Origin: a virus
Taxonomy: Duplodnaviria; Caudoviricetes
IMG/VR virus record: IMGVR_UViG_3300035429_000172
Coordinates: 2,905 to 66,904 of that record
Length of the DNA stretch: 64,000 nt
Direction: 5' to 3' (one strand)
Shown: piece by piece, positions 9,614 to 21,052 of the stretch
How positions within the stretch are numbered: the first letter of the stretch is position 1
How the letters are laid out: every line of letters begins with the position of its first letter
Position numbers and translations under genes: made by a program
The notes under the pieces: model-generated
Database searches by the model: none
Seen by the model: the letters and a program-made list of their open reading frames with translations, nothing else
Told to the model about the DNA's origin: nothing

Positions 9614-11830
9614 ATGAGACGACTCTATTTAACATTAGGTGCTCCTGCTAGTGGGAAGTCACATTTTATTGAAGGCCATGGCTTAGATTATCTAACCGTA
9701 TCATCCGACAATCTAAGAAAAACGATAGGTGGTTTTCATTTTGGCGTTGACAGCGATGGGGACATTTTTCCTACTGGATATCGAAATAATAATGAACGTC
9801 TGGTATGGGATACTCTATGGAATATTGTAGAAAATCGTATGATACAAGGATTGACTACGATAGTAGATAGTACGCTGCTATATAAGGGTGCTTTTAAAAA
9901 TCCCAATAAGTTAAGAAAAAAATACAATTATCAAGTTTATGTTTTAGACTTCATGAAAGGCTTGTTTGGTGGAGATTATAGTCAAGATCAAATCGGAAAA
10001 GTAACTAAAACATTAAAAGAGCGTAACAGAAAAAGAAAAATCCCTGTTCCTGATGAAGTAATTGATAACTTTGTGACCCGATATGTAAATTTTGGTAGAA
10101 ATGTGCCTGATTGGGTAAAAGTAATCGACATGTCGAGTAGAGAAAATCGGTTAAAGGCATTCTGTTTAAATAAAACAGCTAATATGGAGCAATTTAATAG
10201 GTTACAAATTATTGGAGATGTACATGCTGATTATGATGCCCTTATGAAAGTTTTCGACAGTCACAAGCCGGGGACAGCATATATTTTTGTTGGAGATTAC
10301 CTAGATCGTGGTACTAAGACTATTGAAACCTTTAACTTCATCACACAAGAGTTAAAAGGAAAAAATCTATTCTTTTGTACTGGTAATCATGAAGACGGTT
10401 GGGAAAAATGGAAACAACTAAGAGAAAAACATGGTCAATTTGCTACGTTGTCTTTGCCTAAACTGTTAGACCATTATGGCGAAGAGAAGCTAGATGAAAT
10501 TATTAAGGGATTTACTAAACGCACAGTGGACTATATGATGTTTGATTATTTTGGTAAAACCTTTTATGTTTCTCATGCTGGATTTGAGCCTATCATTGCA
10601 CAACGTGAGGGTGCTTGGGCTGGTATAGAACCTCGTGGCGCGCTCATCTATGGATTGGGTAATAAGGATAACCGAGATTACCGTAATGCTCCATATAGCA
10701 GAAATATTGATAAGGTTTGGGAAGAATATCCGTATATTTCTCAAAATGACATCAATGTTCATGGTCATCGTAACAGTTTTAATGAATTTGTTCGATCTAA
10801 CAGTTACAACTTAACCGCAGAGGGTAAATTCAGATGGATTACAGTTACCAAAGAAGGCATTACTCCTCATGAAATTGACCGAATTGATGTTCCAACTTTT
10901 GATGAGCAGTTAGAAATGGAACCGCACATTAAACGTCGTGAAGTTGATGATAACATTGTGGCAAACAATTTCGATAAACATGTATTTTTTACGAACGAAT
11001 GGAATCGTTTAAATACAAAAGCAAGAGGACTATTTACTCGTGATAATGAAATTGTAGGTCGAGGTTTTAATAAGTTCTTTGTAGTGGATCAAGACGTTAA
11101 CGATAACGTGGATACATCCCTAGATTCACTAGACTATCCGGTCTGGATTATGAAGAAGCATGACGGATTTCTTGGAGTTGTTTTTTATGACAATGACAAG
11201 AACAAAATTAGAGTTTATTCAAAAGGTGGCTCTGATACGTATAGTCCACTAGCTGAACAAGTTCTAAAAGATACGGGCTACTATAAGAAAATTCAGAATT
11301 ACTATTCTGACAAAATGAATAGAGATAGTACCTTACTTTTTGAAATTATTGATCCTGAAAAAGATGTACATATTGTTAAATATCATCACAAGCATGCATA
11401 TCCATTAGCAATTATCAGTAATGATGAAAATGGAATTGTGCTTAATCACACTGATACTTTTAATTCACATTGGGGAAGTCATGCTTTTCAAGAAATGACT
11501 ATTGAAATAGATGAGAACAACTTTATAGCTTATGCACATAACAAAACTGAATTAGCTCAGTCCTTAAAGATCATTGAACAAGATTTTCCAACTCGTGAAG
11601 GTGTTGTCCTATATGGCAAAAATAAAATGTTAAAGATTAAGTTTCCATTCTATTTGAAAGCCAAAGAATTAAGAGGAGCACTTGAACATGGTGGAAAGAG
11701 AAAATGGTATTACGATGCACAGGATTGGTATAAGAAATGCAAAGCAAGAGGTATTACTGAGTTCACACCAGATTTAGCTCTTCAACTAAGAAAAGAAGAC
11801 TTAGAAAAGAGGGATGAGAATGAAAAATAG
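9614..11830 (+). CDS. Trifunctional RNA repair enzyme: polynucleotide kinase + metallophosphoesterase + Rnl1-like RNA ligase
   Basis: P-loop GAPASGKS and DST; phosphoesterase GDVH, GDYLDRG, GNHE, SHAG, HGH; ligase ARGLF..FNKFF, KHDG, FE, EGVV, LKIK. Confidence 0.9.
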   Translation: MRRLYLTLGAPASGKSHFIEGHGLDYLTVSSDNLRKTIGGFHFGVDSDGDIFPTGYRNNNERLVWDTLWNIVENRMIQGLTTIVDSTLLYKGAFKNPNKLRKKYNYQVYVLDFMKGLFGGDYSQDQIGKVTKTLKERNRKRKIPVPDEVIDNFVTRYVNFGRNVPDWVKVIDMSSRENRLKAFCLNKTANMEQFNRLQIIGDVHADYDALMKVFDSHKPGTAYIFVGDYLDRGTKTIETFNFITQELKGKNLFFCTGNHEDGWEKWKQLREKHGQFATLSLPKLLDHYGEEKLDEIIKGFTKRTVDYMMFDYFGKTFYVSHAGFEPIIAQREGAWAGIEPRGALIYGLGNKDNRDYRNAPYSRNIDKVWEEYPYISQNDINVHGHRNSFNEFVRSNSYNLTAEGKFRWITVTKEGITPHEIDRIDVPTFDEQLEMEPHIKRREVDDNIVANNFDKHVFFTNEWNRLNTKARGLFTRDNEIVGRGFNKFFVVDQDVNDNVDTSLDSLDYPVWIMKKHDGFLGVVFYDNDKNKIRVYSKGGSDTYSPLAEQVLKDTGYYKKIQNYYSDKMNRDSTLLFEIIDPEKDVHIVKYHHKHAYPLAIISNDENGIVLNHTDTFNSHWGSHAFQEMTIEIDENNFIAYAHNKTELAQSLKIIEQDFPTREGVVLYGKNKMLKIKFPFYLKAKELRGALEHGGKRKWYYDAQDWYKKCKARGITEFTPDLALQLRKEDLEKRDENEK

Positions 11831-12395
11831 ACTTAAAGAGTTACGAATAAATAGAGGTTTATCTCAAAAAAATCTTATAAACGAATTCAATTTATTTTTA
11901 GAGAAAAATTTAAATAAATACGTTGGTCAACGAGGAATAAGACAGGTCACGTCGGCTACTGAATCACGTTGGGAAAATGGATTAAATAAACCAACTTCTG
12001 CAATGTGGCAAGCATTATCTGATTATTTTGGTGTTAATGTCTCATATTTACAAGGCTATCCATTTGCTAAGTGTCACTGGTGCGGTAATGAATTTGTATT
12101 AGTAGATAAAAAAGATAGAGATATGTATTTCTATTGCCCTTATTGTGGGCGATCACCACTAGATTTTGGAGATAAAAAACCAAGTGCTGAAACTAAAAAC
12201 CATGATGAAAAACAGATTTTTTTAAAGCTCGAAAATGAAAAAGATACTCTTGATGATGCAATTGAGTTCCTTAATGAATTAATTGGTACTAGTGAAAGTC
12301 TTACTAATGTAGGTAAAGCTGAACTAACCAAAGTAGTTCGAGTTCTCTATAACATCTATTATGATGATACGCATGCATGTTGGAAAACTAAATAA
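11814..12395 (+). CDS. XRE HTH fused to zinc ribbon, copy 2
   Basis: KNRLKELR..WQALSDYFGVNVSYLQG then CHWC..CPYC. Confidence 0.75.
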   Translation: MRMKNRLKELRINRGLSQKNLINEFNLFLEKNLNKYVGQRGIRQVTSATESRWENGLNKPTSAMWQALSDYFGVNVSYLQGYPFAKCHWCGNEFVLVDKKDRDMYFYCPYCGRSPLDFGDKKPSAETKNHDEKQIFLKLENEKDTLDDAIEFLNELIGTSESLTNVGKAELTKVVRVLYNIYYDDTHACWKTK

Positions 12396-12485
12396 TTCTT
12401 ACTAGGGGAAAATAAGCAAATTAAAACAATAAATCTATCAATATAATTTACATAAATAAGATTATGTTTAAGTAGGAGCTAATAA

Positions 12486-13277
12486 ATGCTATCAGAAGAC
12501 GAGATTAAATATAAGAAATTAGAAAATTTGAAGTGTGAACTCTTTAATGACAATTTTGAGAATTTTAAAAGGTATGGCATCCCCAAGGCACAATTAATCA
12601 TTGCAGATATCCCCTATAACATTGGAAATAATGCATATGCATCTAATCCAATGTGGTACAAAGGGGGCGAAATAAGCAATGGAGAAAGCAAGTTAGCTAA
12701 TAGCAATTTCTTTAATAGGGATGAAGGATTTAATGTAATCAACTTTATGAAGTTTGCTAGAAAAATGTTAATTAAAGAGCCTAAAGAATCTGGAAAAGCA
12801 CCAGCTATGATTGTGTTCTGTTCTTGGCAACAAATGCCGATGTTAGAAGCACAGGCGAAAAAAGAAGGATTTAATCACTGTTTCCCACTATTCTTTATCA
12901 AAAAAACTAGCTCGCAAGTTTTGAAAGCTAACATGCGAATTGTAGGCGCAACAGAATTTGCGGCAGTGTTTTATCGAGACAAGCTCCCGAAATTTAATAA
13001 TGATGGTCATATGGTTTTAGATCATATGAATTGGGAAATAGATCCTGGTTATCCGAAAATACATCCTACTCAGAAACCAATTCCTGTATTAAAAAAGTTA
13101 ATAAACCTCTTCACTGATCCTGGAGATGTAGTAATCGATCCAACGGCAGGAAGTGGCTCTACCTTACGAGCAGCTGCCGAATTAAAACGAAATACTTATG
13201 GTTTTGAAGTAGAAAAAGCCATTTATGAAAAAGCAAAAAAGCAGATGTTAAGTCACGCAGAATTAAGTTTAGTTTAG
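12486..13277 (+). CDS. Amino-DNA methyltransferase (N6A/N4C, beta-type motif order), orphan
   Basis: DIPY catalytic motif, HPTQKP, DPTAGSGST SAM-binding motif. Confidence 0.9.
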   Translation: MLSEDEIKYKKLENLKCELFNDNFENFKRYGIPKAQLIIADIPYNIGNNAYASNPMWYKGGEISNGESKLANSNFFNRDEGFNVINFMKFARKMLIKEPKESGKAPAMIVFCSWQQMPMLEAQAKKEGFNHCFPLFFIKKTSSQVLKANMRIVGATEFAAVFYRDKLPKFNNDGHMVLDHMNWEIDPGYPKIHPTQKPIPVLKKLINLFTDPGDVVIDPTAGSGSTLRAAAELKRNTYGFEVEKAIYEKAKKQMLSHAELSLV

Positions 13278-13297
13278 AAAATATGAGGAGCAAATGA

Positions 13298-14307
13298 ATG
13301 AAAGAAAATAGAATAGATATTTCTTACGGCAATCGACTTAACGAGCAGATTGCCAAGGTAAAAAAGATGAAAAAACAACCACCTATTGATGCTTGGTCAA
13401 AAATTGAAATTGGAAAGCGTGCAATAGCGAGTGTATACAAAGAAAGTCCAGATTATTTACTGTATCGCAAAATGACGGAAGATGGTGGAGTAGTGCTAGC
13501 ACGTATGACAAACAAGTCCTCAACGAAAAATGTTGCTTATAAGGTAACGATGGATATTAAAATTACTCCAATTATCGAAGATTCAACCAACATTAGCTTT
13601 TGAGGACATAGAGATGAGAAAAGAACCGGACTTTCTAGCAATGCTGATTGTTCTAGGAATGATAGTGATAATTATGACTGTGGTTTATTGGGTGGTGTTT
13701 GTGCTATGAAAAAAATTGATTGGAACGATTTCAGATTTTATTTTATGTTGGCTGTTTCATGGACGATAATCTTAGGCGTGATATGCGGCTTTATTTATTA
13801 CTGGGTCACATCAAGTGCATGGCTTAGCTTTTGCGTTATTGTTGGACTATTAGTGCTTTGGAGTTTAATAGCTTATTTTTTAGCGAAACATGACAAAAAA
13901 TCTTAAATACACTAAAGGAGCTTGGTATCACGTGGATAGCGATGACAAGTTGACACCAATAGATTATGAAAAAGAAATTCATAAGTACTATCAGCATTGG
14001 CACAAGTATTTAAAAGCAATTGCGGTAAATAAAGACGATGACCGATAAAGAATATCTAGAAATTTATAAATATATTGAGTTAAACGATCAAATGCTGATG
14101 AAAAGTTTGATTAATTGCGATCTGCATCATGCAGCCCAAGCAATGCAAAATACTGTCGATTTGCTTAGTGTACTTGGAATATCTTCGGCAACTCCTTTAA
14201 CTGGCGTTGTGAAATTAAAACTAAGAGTAGATGAACTACTAAACAAAATGACTAGCGAACGTGCTTTATATAACTATGTAATTAAGAAAGATGAGGAAGA
14301 AAAATAA
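13298..14307 (+). CDS. Small hypothetical and membrane proteins (13298-13603, hydrophobic ORF ending 13906, 14038-14307)
   Basis: Coupled ORFs; transmembrane character of the ORF ending 13906. Confidence 0.55.
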
Positions 14308-14750
14308 TGCTTAACTTAACTATTTTAGAAGGAAGATTAACCAGAGATCCAGAACTTAGAAAGACACAAAGCGGTATTGCGGTTGCTACCTTTACAGTAG
14401 CTTGCGATAGACCACGTAAGAAAGATGCTGAACAACAAGCGGATTTTATTAATGTGGTTGCATGGCGCCAATCAGCCGAATTTTTATCTAATTACTTCCA
14501 TAAAGGGGATGCTGTGCAAGTTCAAGGACGAATTCAAACAAGAACCTATGATGATAAAAATGGCAATAAAGTATTTGTTACTGAGGTCGTAGCCTATAAC
14601 ATCAACTTCCCATTAACCAGTAAGAATGGAGGCAATAGCAGTAACAGCTCAACTAATAAGGCTACTGCACAAAATTCAGCACCAGCAGTTGAAGATCCAT
14701 TTGTTGATACAAATAGCGTAGAAATTAGCGATGATGATTTACCATTCTAA
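14307..14750 (+). CDS. ssb: Single-stranded DNA-binding protein
   Basis: LEGRLTRDPELRKTQSG..ADFINVVAW..VQGRIQTRTY; acidic DDDLPF tail. Confidence 0.95.
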   Translation: MLNLTILEGRLTRDPELRKTQSGIAVATFTVACDRPRKKDAEQQADFINVVAWRQSAEFLSNYFHKGDAVQVQGRIQTRTYDDKNGNKVFVTEVVAYNINFPLTSKNGGNSSNSSTNKATAQNSAPAVEDPFVDTNSVEISDDDLPF

Positions 14751-14774
14751 TTTTAAAAGAAGGAGAAAGAGAAG

Positions 14775-15080
14775 ATGCAATGGTTTACTCATGACCAACT
14801 AAGTGAACTAAAGGAAAAAGAGGGTCTTCTTTTAACAAACGTTCATGGCGGTAAAGTAGCAATTTGCCAAGGAAAAGGATTTCGTTACCAAAATGTTTAT
14901 GATTTCATAGCTGATTATGTTAAGTGCTATCGATTAGATAACTTAGCAGAAACTATGGAGTATGAAAACGCACAAGACTTAATTGAATGTTGGGTAACGT
15001 TACCTTTAAATGAATTAGATCTTTTGGATTATTGTGTTAATTCTTTCGATGGATATGAAGCATACGCATTGGAGAGTTAA
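14775..15080 (+). CDS. Hypothetical phage protein
   Basis: 101 aa ORF with AAGGAG RBS. Confidence 0.6.
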   Translation: MQWFTHDQLSELKEKEGLLLTNVHGGKVAICQGKGFRYQNVYDFIADYVKCYRLDNLAETMEYENAQDLIECWVTLPLNELDLLDYCVNSFDGYEAYALES

Positions 15081-15082
15081 TT

Positions 15083-15358
15083 ATGGTAATACACAGATTG
15101 AAAATTTTACCTGAATATTTTGAAGCTCAAAAGAATAGAGTAAAAACTTTTGAAATTAGAAAAAACGATCGAAATTTCAAAGTTGGTGACAAGCTGATGC
15201 TGTACGAAATCAACTCAAAAACAAAGCAAAAAACAGGGCGAGTTTTGGAAGTTCAAGTAACTTATATGACTGACTATGCTCAAAAAGAAGATTATGTTGT
15301 GATGGCAACAAGACTAAAAAGCTTTAAAGATTCTGTACATATGGCAATTTATGAATAA
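15083..15358 (+). CDS. DUF3850/ASCH-like protein, copy 1
   Basis: HRLKILPEYFEAQ..KTFEIRKNDRNFKVGD. Confidence 0.8.
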   Translation: MVIHRLKILPEYFEAQKNRVKTFEIRKNDRNFKVGDKLMLYEINSKTKQKTGRVLEVQVTYMTDYAQKEDYVVMATRLKSFKDSVHMAIYE

Positions 15359-15560
15359 GAGTATTAAGGATAAAAAGAATGTTACATGGTATGCCATGTA
15401 TAGGGGTGACACATTTGTGGATCTTGGAACGGCCGATTATTTAGCTGAAAAGTACCACAAGAGAAAAGAATCGCTAGTTTATCTATCCCGACCAACTGCT
15501 CATAGAAGAGCAAAAAAAGGTGGAAAAAGACTCTTACTGTATCGAATTGAAGAGGACTGA
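15351..15560 (+). CDS. Conserved small phage protein
   Basis: YAMYRGDTFVDLGTADYLA motif common in Firmicute phages. Confidence 0.6.
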   Translation: MNKSIKDKKNVTWYAMYRGDTFVDLGTADYLAEKYHKRKESLVYLSRPTAHRRAKKGGKRLLLYRIEED

Positions 15561-15562
15561 AA

Positions 15563-15928
15563 ATGAATAGATTAAAAGAATTGAGAGAATCGAAAAATTT
15601 AACTTTTAAAGAATTAAGTAACGAACTGAAAAGTAGAAATGTAAGTATCTCCCCGAACTCTTTATCAAAATATGAGCGTGGAGCTAGAAATCCCAAAATA
15701 GAAACCTGGCAAGCCTTAGCCGACTTTTTCGACGTTTCAGTTCCATACTTGCAGGGCGAATTAACTTACGACGACTTAACACCAGAAGGAAAGAAGTTAG
15801 AAGATAGATTAGGCAGAACAATTAATGATGCAATAAATGATGAGCTTAAATACTCAGAATTATCGAGTGAAGAAAATAAGCGTGCAATAAAGTTGGCTTT
15901 GCAATCCGCTTTAGAGTACTACGCATAG
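15563..15928 (+). CDS. XRE HTH regulator
   Basis: MNRLKELR..LSKYERGARNPKIETWQALADFFDVSVPYLQG. Confidence 0.85.
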   Translation: MNRLKELRESKNLTFKELSNELKSRNVSISPNSLSKYERGARNPKIETWQALADFFDVSVPYLQGELTYDDLTPEGKKLEDRLGRTINDAINDELKYSELSSEENKRAIKLALQSALEYYA

Positions 15929-15932
15929 AACT

Positions 15933-16307
15933 GTGGAAGTGATTAATATGAACAGGTTAAAAGAACTAAGATTACAACACAAAAAAACTCAAAAAGATGT
16001 AGCGAAAGTTCTAGGAGTTGAAACGATTACTATTTCAAGATATGAAACAGGTAAAAGAGAGCCAAAAATAGAGACTTGGGATAAGCTAGCTATGTTCTTT
16101 CAAGTCCCGACTTCCTATTTAATGGGTTTGTCTAATGATGGAACAAAAAAAGTCTTCAGGAAAGATCTTTCTCCTGAATTACAAGATATGTTTGACGACA
16201 TTCAAGATTTGGTTACTCTTGTTGTTCCTGATTATGCAGTGGAACGTGTGCTAACGGCTTTAATTAACAGTTTTAAATATAATTATTTAAATGATGGATG
16301 GGATTAA
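15933..16307 (+). CDS. XRE HTH regulator (tandem paralog)
   Basis: MNRLKELR..ISRYETGKREPKIETWDKLAMFFQVPTSYLMG. Confidence 0.85.
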   Translation: MEVINMNRLKELRLQHKKTQKDVAKVLGVETITISRYETGKREPKIETWDKLAMFFQVPTSYLMGLSNDGTKKVFRKDLSPELQDMFDDIQDLVTLVVPDYAVERVLTALINSFKYNYLNDGWD

Positions 16308-19134
16308 CAATGAAAGTAATAGATAAACGTAAAATAAGCAAAGATGAAGATTGGAATGTTGGCGATGTGGTTTGTTATTGGGATGATTACAAATCAAAGA
16401 AATATGGATTAATTGTAAAACTAATGGACGGGTATTATATTGCCTTAATAGAAACCGATGATACAAAAGATTCAGGATACTTATCATGGAATGGATATCG
16501 TCCTGCTATAAGCATTAGAAAGTCAACAAGTATATTTGATTTAATCGACAATTTAGTTTCAATGTGGACACACGTTGAAAAAGTAAACGCACATCTAGTT
16601 GTGGAGGATTAAAAATGAGTTTAGATATTATTGCTTATGATCCGAAGAAGTTAAAGGAAAGAAAAGATAAATTTGAAGAAAAATATGGTCTGTCATATGA
16701 AAAGTTTAATGATTTGATGCTTACTCCGTCTAAAGATATTTTCTTTTATTTTCTACATCCTGAATTTTTGAAAAGTGATACTAAAAAGTATGAAGAAATG
16801 GAAAAAGATGCTGACAAAGTCCAAGAGTTTGATGAAATTGATAGTTTTCATATCGGTTATGGACATTTTCACTTTCTTAGAAAAGAACTTGGAGAATTAG
16901 TTAGTGTGAGGTATGACGATAGTAATCTTTTTGATCCTCGCATTTATTATGACGATGAACTTGTAGATACGGCTTTGCTTAGATTCTTTTTACATTCAGA
17001 CTGTGACGGTGAGTTTAGCAGTTATGATATTCATGAATCCTATGACCAATTTTTAAAGCTTTGTGATGGAAAGAAGTTGCAAGATAAAAAAGCTGGTAAT
17101 TGGGGAAAAGAGATAGATGAATTTCTAAATTTTTGGCGAAAAAGTTCTGAACAAAAACTTCAATGGGAATTTTGCTAAGAATATAATGGAGGACTAACAA
17201 TGGAAGGTGCCGATAAAAGAAATGAAAAATGGCAATTGGGCGACGTGCTTGTAACGAAGCACTATACAAGCTTAATTATAAAAGATAACAATGAAAATTA
17301 TTGTTTAATGAATATTGGATCTGATGGATTCGGGTATAGCACAGATAAACTTTCTATTTTTGGTAAACCTTACAAATCTCTTGAAGATCTTTATCAAAAA
17401 GCTTTTCCCATTTGGCACAAAGTAAAAGCAAAGCTAGTAATTGAATAATGACCAGAACAAAGTTACCAATGATTGGCGAAAAGTTATTCATGGAGGCTAA
17501 ATTATGAAATCATTTGATCCAAATTATATAAATCGTTTTTCAAAGAAGACAATAAAATTAATATTTCAGCAATGGGAATATATAGGAATCGCATTTGTTG
17601 AAATTGGAGGAAATTGTACTTTTGCTGATATGCTTTCCGACTTTCAAGACGGGGATACCTTATTAAGTTTGCTCAAACAAAAAACTAGTATGCTTAATTT
17701 TAAATTGGAAGATCTTAGCCGAGATAAAGAAGGAAAGAACTGGTTTAGAGCTGTTTTATTTAGTGATACAGGGGAAAATTGTGAAATCGAAGATTATTTA
17801 GGCTCATTACCAAAAATGTTAGTTGGTATCGAACTTATGAATATTCGAACGGAGGATTAACAATGGAAATTATTGATAAGACAAAAGAAGAGTGGAAACC
17901 TGGCGATGTTTTAAAAAAGGGCACAAGTTTTGCATTAGTCGTTGAAGGGTTAGATTCGTGCTTCTTTTTAATGAATATTACACCGAATGACACAGGAACG
18001 TTTTCTTTAAATGAAGGAAACCATTGGGGTGTGGATGACAATTTGAAATATTTAAAGGATTTTCATAATGAGTGGCACAAAGTAAACGCAAAGCTGGTGA
18101 TCGAATGACAGTAGCAACTAGAGAAAAATGTCCCTGCTGTGATTTTGATTCAGATGGTTTTGGTAAAAACATAATTGGCAAAGGTTATGGTAGCTGCGAA
18201 ATTAGATTATATAGAGCAACTAAATATGACTTCTACATTTATTCATATTCAGCTGGAGCTGAAGCACTTTTAAAAGATTGGTTTGAAATATATTCTCAAA
18301 AAGTTAGATTTTGTCCAGTATGCGGAAGGAGATTGAAATAATGGATTCAATTACTAAGGAAGAATTTTATAAATCGTTCAACTTACTGATTAATGATTTT
18401 AAAGTTCACAGTAATTATATTTTAGACATGAATAATGGCACTCATGGTTATATGAATCTTGACCTTTTTAAAAGAGAAAGTAAGGCAATTATTGCTGATT
18501 GTAATGATATGAATAGACTAATTAACAGATTATGGCTTGGCGAAGAAAGGTGAAAAAATGAGTTATTTAGATGAAAAAATACATTTTAGAGCTGAAATGG
18601 GTGCAGAAAAAGACCTAGAAAATCTTAAAAATGGTCTTCGGAAAGTTTTCGAGGAAAATCCTATCGGAAGGCAATTATCTTCAAGTACCAAGTCAGAAAG
18701 TTCAATGTTTGATGATACTTCATTTATACAGGAATACTGTCAAACAACAAATGATTTTAGACTATGGTTGCGTAAAACGTTTGACAATTATAACCACGTA
18801 GAAAATAAGTTGATTGATAGCTATGAACAAAAGATTACTGATGAAGTTATCAATTCTGCGACTGGGTCAATGGATGATAAAAGAATGAAGTCTTCTAATA
18901 ACTAACGGAGGAGTACATATTATGTTTAGTAAAATAGCAGTTTTGATGCCACGACAAGATGCTACAAATAGTGGTCGCTACAATGAATCGGATGCCATAA
19001 GGATTATGGAAAAATACTACAATATTAAGATTACTGAATATAAGTGGTATAAGGATTATCCTGTTGACATATGGGTTGTATTAACTGCTTACGTTAAATA
19101 TGAAAAAAAGAAAGATAAATGTGATGTAAAGTGA
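16298..19134 (+). CDS. Run of hypothetical early genes (16298-16612, 16615-17178, 17200-17448, 17504-17860, 17863-18108, zinc-finger ORF ending 18341, ORFs ending 18553 and 18905, 18922-19134)
   Basis: Contiguous coupled ORFs; three share WxxGDV...KVxAxLVxE. Confidence 0.6.
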
Positions 19135-19611
19135 AAATTTTAGATATGTGTTGTGGATCAAAAATGTTTTGGTATGAAAAGCATGAACCACATACAACTT
19201 ATATGGATATTAGAAAAGCTACATATACAGCAATGGACCGAGGTAAGGAACGAAAAATAGAAATTTCTCCTGATATTCAAGCTGATTTTAGAAATATGCC
19301 TTTTGAAGATAATACTTTCGATTTAGTAGTATTTGATCCACCACATTTAATTCGTGCGGGTAAAAATTCTTGGTTAGCTAAAAAATACGGTGTCTTGGAT
19401 AAACTTCAAGGGATGAATGACCTAGTTAAAGGATTTAATGAGGGAATGCGTGTGTTAAAACCAACCGGCACGTTACTTTTCAAATGGAACCAAGATCAAA
19501 TTCCATTTAGCAACATAATAAAAATGCTGGCAAAAAATGGATACCAACCAATTATTAGGTGATAAACGCAGCAAGACAAAATGGAGTGTTTTTATTAAGC
19601 AAGGAGTATAG
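19131..19611 (+). pseudogene. SAM-dependent methyltransferase, frameshifted near the C-terminus
   Basis: LDMCCGSKMFW and FDPPH motifs; stops at 19562, but the shifted frame continues GDKRSKTKWSVFIKQGV to TAG 19609-19611. Confidence 0.7.
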
Positions 19612-19614
19612 ATC

Positions 19615-20593
19615 ATGATAAAGACAACAATGATATCTATTAAAAGTGCTAAAGTTGGGGATTGGCTTCTAATGAAACCATGTGGAAGTGATTTCTGTTT
19701 AGTTGGTGTAATCATTCAGCAGACTGACGATAGCTATGCGCTTATGTATTTGCCAGAATGTGATACATTTCCCTACAAAACACATTGCAATACAATTGGC
19801 GAATTACTGAATCACTTAGATGGAAAGTTTGAATTTGTCGAAGAAGCTAACGTTGCTTTACCAATTAGTATCAATACTTTTCAAGATGTTGCATTTGAAG
19901 AAAATTCAAAAGAACGTCAGGAAGTAATTCGTAGAATTGTAAAAGAGATGGAAAAAGATGAAAGCTTGGCAATTAAGAATAAGGGATAATGATGAAACAT
20001 CACTTGTTTGGGCTGATACAGCAGGTAAAGCAAAAGCTCAGTTTGATTGTGATGGCTTGGGTCTAAGATCATGGTTCACTCATAGTCTTAGTGAAGATAT
20101 ATATAGTTTTATTGACGTTAGTGCTATTAGATTGCCTAAACTTGATGATTTAGAAAACGCCGATCCAAAAGCAGTTATTAAAATTCTTGTCAAAGAGTAC
20201 GGGTGGGAAAGCGATGAGATCAATATAGAAAACATTGATGAATCGGATGAATTACTATAATTAAGACTATGAAATTTTAACTAAGGAGAAAAAATAATGT
20301 TTTTAAATGGCGAAGATTGGAAATGTCCTAAATGTAAAACTGAAAATTATATTGGAGATAGTGTAAACGATGTGGCTACATCAAAAAGTTTAGAATATCT
20401 TGAAAATTATAATATTGATGTACCATTTATTTGCGATAAGTGTGGTTTTAAAGAAGTATTACTAGTTACGTATGACTTAACTAAAAATCGTTACGAAGTG
20501 GATTATGAAGACACAGCATTTTGTAATAAAGATACAAAATGGAGAGATAAGTTGCTCAAAGAAGCTGGATTAATCATGGGAGATTGTAAATAA
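19615..20593 (+). CDS. Hypothetical genes (19615-19989, 19958-20260, zinc ribbon 20297-20593)
   Basis: Coupled ORFs; CPKC..CDKC in the last. Confidence 0.6.
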
Positions 20594-20878
20594 ATGGAAG
20601 TACATGAATTAAAAATTTTACCAGAATACTTCAAAGCCCAAAAAGCTGGTAAGAAAAACTTCGAAATTCGGAAAAATGATCGTGATTATAAAGTAGGAGA
20701 TAAATTGGTTTTAAAAGAATATGATCCTAAAGCTAAAGAGTTTACAGGACAATCTTTTATTACTGAAATTACATTTATAACCGATTATCAACAAAAAGAT
20801 GGCTATGTTGTACTGGGTACTAAAGACTTGGCACTTGATGTTTATCGTAGAATGTCTGAATTGGGGTTAATAAAATGA
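20594..20878 (+). CDS. DUF3850/ASCH-like protein, copy 2
   Basis: HELKILPEYFKAQ..KNFEIRKNDRDYKVGD. Confidence 0.8.
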   Translation: MEVHELKILPEYFKAQKAGKKNFEIRKNDRDYKVGDKLVLKEYDPKAKEFTGQSFITEITFITDYQQKDGYVVLGTKDLALDVYRRMSELGLIK

Positions 20879-21052
20879 AAGTTAAAACAATTGGCGAGAT
20901 AAATACATATACTCTAGACAAACAAATAAATGAATTTATTAAAGGAAAACATGTGATTGACATTAAATTCAGTAGTTTCTTTGATGAAATAGAAGGTGCC
21001 AGTTTTTCAGCGCTTATTATGTATGAAGAAATAGGGATTTAACTATGTCTGA

